Assembly (NCBI GenBank): GCA_965603595.1
Contig: CBFDDP010000004.1
Location: 1-57,405, forward strand
Origin: an uncultured bacterium
GTDB lineage: Bacteria; Spirochaetota; B62-G9; DRHN01
Direction of reading: 5' to 3'
DNA: 57,405 nucleotides
The position numbers were made by a program, and so were the translations under genes. Position 1 is the stretch's first letter. Every line of letters begins with the position of its first letter. Shown one piece after another: positions 53,986-57,405 of this stretch. Below the pieces are notes generated by a model. That model was not told the DNA's origin and searched no databases. It saw only the letters and a list, made by a program, of their open reading frames with translations.

Positions 53986-55026
53986 GTGATGGATAAGCTG
54001 CCGACATTGGAGGATGTGGCCCGGAGAGCAGGGGTTTCGAAGTCCACCGTATCCCGTGTACTCAACAATTCCGCCAAGATCAGTGAAAAAACCAGAAGCC
54101 AGGTTCTCAGTGCGGCCAGCGAGCTCAATTACGAGCCCAATATCATTGCACGGAGTCTCTCGAAAAACAAGACCTTCACGATTGGCGTCATTCTCGAGGA
54201 TATACTGAACCCCTTTTTCTCGGCTGTGGCAAAGGGGATCGAAACGGCGCTCAGGGCGTCTGGTTACTCGATGATCCTGACGAGTTCTGATTTTGATTAT
54301 GAGAATGAGGTGAAGCTTACGCGCATGCTCATTCAGTACAAGGTCGATGGGATACTCCTCACGCCAATGAAACACGACGGTGAAACGATTTCTCTCCTCA
54401 AGGAGAGGGGTGTCCCCTTCTTCATCATGAACAGCAGGTCTAAAGACAAGGAAGTGAGCTGGATCGACAGCGACAATTTCGAGGGCGGCCTCATGGCTAC
54501 GCGGTATCTCCTCGAGCTGGGGCATAAAAAGTTTCTCTGTTTGCGTCATATGGCCCTCGACGGATCGCGGCTCAGATTCGAAGGTTTCAAGGCAGCTATT
54601 GCGGAAGCCGGCCTGAAGTTGTCTGACCAGGTCATACTCGGTGACGCGCACTCCAGGCGGGACGGGTATGAGCTGATCAGTCGTTTCATTGATGAAAATG
54701 GTGCGGGGTCCTTTCCCTCAGCAGTGATTGCAGTCAATGACACGGTAGCAATCGGTGTCATCGAGGCGCTTCTCGAGAGAGGCTTGCGCATCCCGGAGGA
54801 CATCTCGGTTATCGGGTATGACGATATAAACATCGCGGGTCTCATTCGCGTGCCCCTTACGACCATTCATCAGCCCAAGTTCAGGATGGGTGAAATCGCC
54901 GCATCGCAGCTCGTCGACAAGATCGAACGGGCTGAGAGGGGGGTCGCACGGCAGTTTCTCATTCAGCCAAAGCTCATCGAACGGGATTCATGCCGGGCAT
55001 GCAGGGTTATGACCGCAAGCCCATAA
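53986..55026 (+). CDS. LacI-family transcriptional regulator
   Basis: HTH TLEDVARRAGVSKSTVSRVLNN plus a periplasmic-binding-protein-like sugar-binding core. The start is GTG 53986 or ATG 53989. Confidence 0.85.
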   Translation: MMDKLPTLEDVARRAGVSKSTVSRVLNNSAKISEKTRSQVLSAASELNYEPNIIARSLSKNKTFTIGVILEDILNPFFSAVAKGIETALRASGYSMILTSSDFDYENEVKLTRMLIQYKVDGILLTPMKHDGETISLLKERGVPFFIMNSRSKDKEVSWIDSDNFEGGLMATRYLLELGHKKFLCLRHMALDGSRLRFEGFKAAIAEAGLKLSDQVILGDAHSRRDGYELISRFIDENGAGSFPSAVIAVNDTVAIGVIEALLERGLRIPEDISVIGYDDINIAGLIRVPLTTIHQPKFRMGEIAASQLVDKIERAERGVARQFLIQPKLIERDSCRACRVMTASP

Positions 55027-55083
55027 GGGAAGAGGGTAGGCCATAGTGGTGATGAGCAGTGCAGCAGTATACAGGGAGGAAGG

Positions 55084-56097
55084 GTGAAGAGCAGGGAGAG
55101 AGTGAAAAGGGCTATTGGGTTTGAACATCCCGACAGGGTTCCCATATCCCATGGCATCCTTCCCGCAGCACAGATCAAATACGGCAAAGCCCTCGATGAG
55201 ATACTCGAGGCCGTGCATGAAGATTTCGGCTGGTCATTCCTCCCCGATCTGCCCAGAGATGAGTTTCCTCCATTGTATAGGGGAGGAGAAAACTACGACG
55301 ATTTCGGCACACTCTGGAAGGTTGAGGAGGAGGGGGTGTGTGGAATTCCCGTTGCATGGCCACTCACCCAGTGGTTTTCATACGAAAATTTAACCTGGCC
55401 GGAGTTCGATGCGGGTCCACCGAGTGCCCGTCTCTACAGTGGTCATATGTTCGGGAAGAATCCCGCTTATTATGCACGGGGTGCATGGATAACCTTCTTC
55501 GAGCAGATGCAGCAGCTCAGGGGGATGGAGAATCTGCTCATGGACCTGGCGTACCTGTCGAAGGAGGTGTACCGTCTCAGAGACGACATCCTGGAATTCA
55601 ATCTTCGATGGATCGACAAATGGCTGCAGTACGAATACGATGGCCTGCATTTTGCCGATGACTGGGGAGCTCAGAACAGCCTTCTCATCTCTCCAGAGCT
55701 CTGGCGTGAATTTTTCAAACCCGTCTATCGGAGGATGTTTGACCGGGTATCTGCCGCAGGTGTTGATGTCCACTTTCATTCAGACGGAAATATCATCGAC
55801 ATAATCCCGGATCTCATAGATATTGGGGTGAAGGTGCTCAACTGCCAGGCGCCCCTGATTGGACTGGGGTTGTTGAAAAAGAACTTTGCAGGCAGGGTGT
55901 GCTTCCGTACTGATCTCGACCGACAGCATATCATGCCCTTTGGAAAACCGGAGGAGATTCGAGCCCATATCCTGGATGTTTTCACGCATCTAGGGATAGA
56001 GAAGGGCGGGATAATTGCATGCGGCGAGATCGGTCCCGACACACCTCTTGAAAATATACGGGTGATGTATGAAACATTTATGGAATATCGGTATTGA
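55084..56097 (+). CDS. Uroporphyrinogen-decarboxylase (URO-D) superfamily protein, MtaA/CmuA-like, paralogue 1
   Basis: RVKRAIGFEHPDRVP N-terminus and URO-D TIM-barrel pattern. HFHSDGN is at the HxC position and GGIIACGEIG near the C-terminus. Confidence 0.7.
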   Translation: MKSRERVKRAIGFEHPDRVPISHGILPAAQIKYGKALDEILEAVHEDFGWSFLPDLPRDEFPPLYRGGENYDDFGTLWKVEEEGVCGIPVAWPLTQWFSYENLTWPEFDAGPPSARLYSGHMFGKNPAYYARGAWITFFEQMQQLRGMENLLMDLAYLSKEVYRLRDDILEFNLRWIDKWLQYEYDGLHFADDWGAQNSLLISPELWREFFKPVYRRMFDRVSAAGVDVHFHSDGNIIDIIPDLIDIGVKVLNCQAPLIGLGLLKKNFAGRVCFRTDLDRQHIMPFGKPEEIRAHILDVFTHLGIEKGGIIACGEIGPDTPLENIRVMYETFMEYRY

Positions 56098-56155
56098 AAA
56101 AAACCTGCTGCTGTTGCTACAATGACAATAGAGACTGTATGAGTGGAGGAAGAGC

Positions 56156-57307
56156 ATGACATCAAAGGAGAGAATGCTGAAAACTCTTAACCATGAGGAA
56201 CCGGACAGGGTGCCCTTTGACCTCAATGGTACCCTGGTGAGCGGTATACATCATATCGCCTATAACAGACTCAGGGAGTACCTTGGACTGGAGCCGAAGG
56301 AGACCGAGCTCTTCGACAGGGTGCAGGGTCTGGCACGGGTACATGACGATGTGCTCGACCGGTTCGAAGTGGATACGAGAGGGGTGCTGACAGGCAGCCC
56401 ATTCGGCTGGGAGCTGCAACTGGAGGAAACGCCGGAGTATGAGCAGTTTACCGACGTCTGGGGTATCACCTGGCGTCGGCCCAAGCCCCATGGCCTTTAC
56501 TATGATATGGTCGCCCATCCCCTCAAGGGAGGGTCCCTCGATGATGCAAAGAAATACAACTGGCCTGACCCGAAGGATGAACTTCGTCTGAAGGGGATCA
56601 AGGAGGAGGCGGCAGGGCTTGCGAAGTCCGATAGTCTGGTTGTTCTCGGCACAGTGGGCATGACCGTGGGGCTGTTGCAGACATTTCAGTGGATGCTCGG
56701 ATACGAGGATTCGTTCTACTCCCTTGCAGCTGACCCCGAGCTCACACATTATATCGTTGGGAAACTTGCAGAGCTGGACATCGAGTTCTGGGAATGGGCC
56801 ATACCCTATCTCGGTAACGATATAAAGGTCATTCTCTATGCCGACGATTTCGGCATGCAGAACGGTCCGGTTTTCTCCTACGAGATGTTCGAGCGTTACT
56901 TCAAACCCTGGTACGCGAAAATATTCCAGGTTATCAAGAAACAGAAGCCCGACCTGTTCATATTCTTTCACTCCTGCGGTTCGTCCCGATACATCATCCC
57001 CGATCTTATCGAAAGCGGAGTGGATATATTCAACCCCGTTCAGTACACCTCGGCGGACATGGAAGCAGCAGGGCTGAAGAGGGATTTCGGCAAAGACCTC
57101 ACCTTCTGGGGAGGCGGTATCGATACGCAGAAGATACTGCCCAAGGGCTCGTTGCAGCAGGTGAAGGATGAGGTGCGCAAGCGCATAGAGGATTTCGCGC
57201 CGGGAGGTGGGTTCGTGTTCAATACGGTGCACAACATACAACCCGACGTACTGCCTGAGAATATCGTAGCTATGTGGGAGGCGCTGCGCGAGTACGGGAA
57301 GTATTGA
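56156..57307 (+). CDS. URO-D superfamily protein, MtaA/CmuA-like, paralogue 2
   Basis: ERMLKTLNHEEPDRVP N-terminus, FFHSCGS (HxC) and GGGFVFNTVHNIQPDV C-terminal block. Confidence 0.7.
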   Translation: MTSKERMLKTLNHEEPDRVPFDLNGTLVSGIHHIAYNRLREYLGLEPKETELFDRVQGLARVHDDVLDRFEVDTRGVLTGSPFGWELQLEETPEYEQFTDVWGITWRRPKPHGLYYDMVAHPLKGGSLDDAKKYNWPDPKDELRLKGIKEEAAGLAKSDSLVVLGTVGMTVGLLQTFQWMLGYEDSFYSLAADPELTHYIVGKLAELDIEFWEWAIPYLGNDIKVILYADDFGMQNGPVFSYEMFERYFKPWYAKIFQVIKKQKPDLFIFFHSCGSSRYIIPDLIESGVDIFNPVQYTSADMEAAGLKRDFGKDLTFWGGGIDTQKILPKGSLQQVKDEVRKRIEDFAPGGGFVFNTVHNIQPDVLPENIVAMWEALREYGKY

Positions 57308-57319
57308 GGAGGGAAATCG

Positions 57320-57405
57320 ATGAAACCACGCGAACGTTTCGTGACCGCTCTCAGATGTGAAACGCCCGACAGGGTACCGGTCTATGACTTTCTTTTCAGT
57401 CGGCG
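57320..57405 (+). CDS. URO-D superfamily protein, paralogue 3 (3' end outside the window)
   Basis: MKPRERFVTALRCETPDRVPVYDFLFS repeats the N-terminal ..E.PDRVP signature of the two upstream genes. Confidence 0.6.
   Translation, partial: MKPRERFVTALRCETPDRVPVYDFLFSR

Noticed and set aside
56162-57241. 359-aa minus-strand ORF
   Set aside because: It is antisense to URO-D paralogue 2 along its full length. The plus-strand frame has the family motifs and a good RBS.
1-57405. Search for CRISPR arrays, tRNA/rRNA genes, transposases, integrases, and toxin-antitoxin or known defence-system genes
   Set aside because: I saw no regularly spaced direct repeats, no cloverleaf-like or rRNA-like segments, and no ORFs with nuclease, recombinase, STAND or ATPase defence signatures. 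The only repeats found are the two intergenic palindromic elements reported above.

Overview
This is a 57.4-kb chromosomal segment from a moderately GC-rich bacterium. The gene content (floA/nfeD, choice-of-anchor-D lipoprotein, many URO-D paralogues, PTS-type DHA kinase) suggests a free-living anaerobe, possibly Spirochaetota-like, but that is a low-confidence inference. I call about 55 protein-coding genes. I saw no rRNA, tRNA, CRISPR array, transposase or integrase.

Gene order:
- nfeD-nfeD-floA membrane-microdomain operon.
- DMT transporter and a five-module choice-of-anchor-D lipoprotein.
- Fe-S aldo/keto reductase, 2-hydroxyacid dehydrogenase and Na+/solute symporter operon.
- A four-gene operon: corrinoid protein, non-pyrrolysine MtmB-family methyltransferase, Pro1 tautomerase, HisC-like aminotransferase. 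It has its own sigma70 promoter and a structured leader.
- Two rubredoxin-tailed proteins, zwf, tatA, a GH3 enzyme and DUF89.
- A large convergent sugar-type cluster: BtrR-like aminotransferase, NagB-like protein, DhaK, DhaL, a DhaM-HPr-EI fusion, two UPF0261/Tm-1-like ATP-binding proteins, a PEP-hydrolase-like TIM barrel and an atypical class II aldolase.
- Signalling genes: hybrid histidine kinase, ECF sigma module, pseudo-REC-GGDEF-EAL protein.
- An M16 peptidase pair.
- An AT-richer envelope island: micro-lipoprotein, vWA/CsgG-like protein, lipoprotein.
- Just downstream of the island, at normal composition, an exported bactofilin-like membrane protein.
- An orphan MetH-reactivation-domain gene, an ADP-ribosylglycohydrolase and an S1C/PDZ protease.
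- A LacI-controlled array of three URO-D (MtaA-like) paralogues.

The best candidate for an undescribed system is the corrinoid protein plus non-Pyl MtmB-like methyltransferase operon at 10.4-14.0 kb. The second is the DhaKLM / Tm-1-like / atypical aldolase cluster at 22.9-34.3 kb.

All family assignments come from motif reading and remembered sequences, not from database searches.
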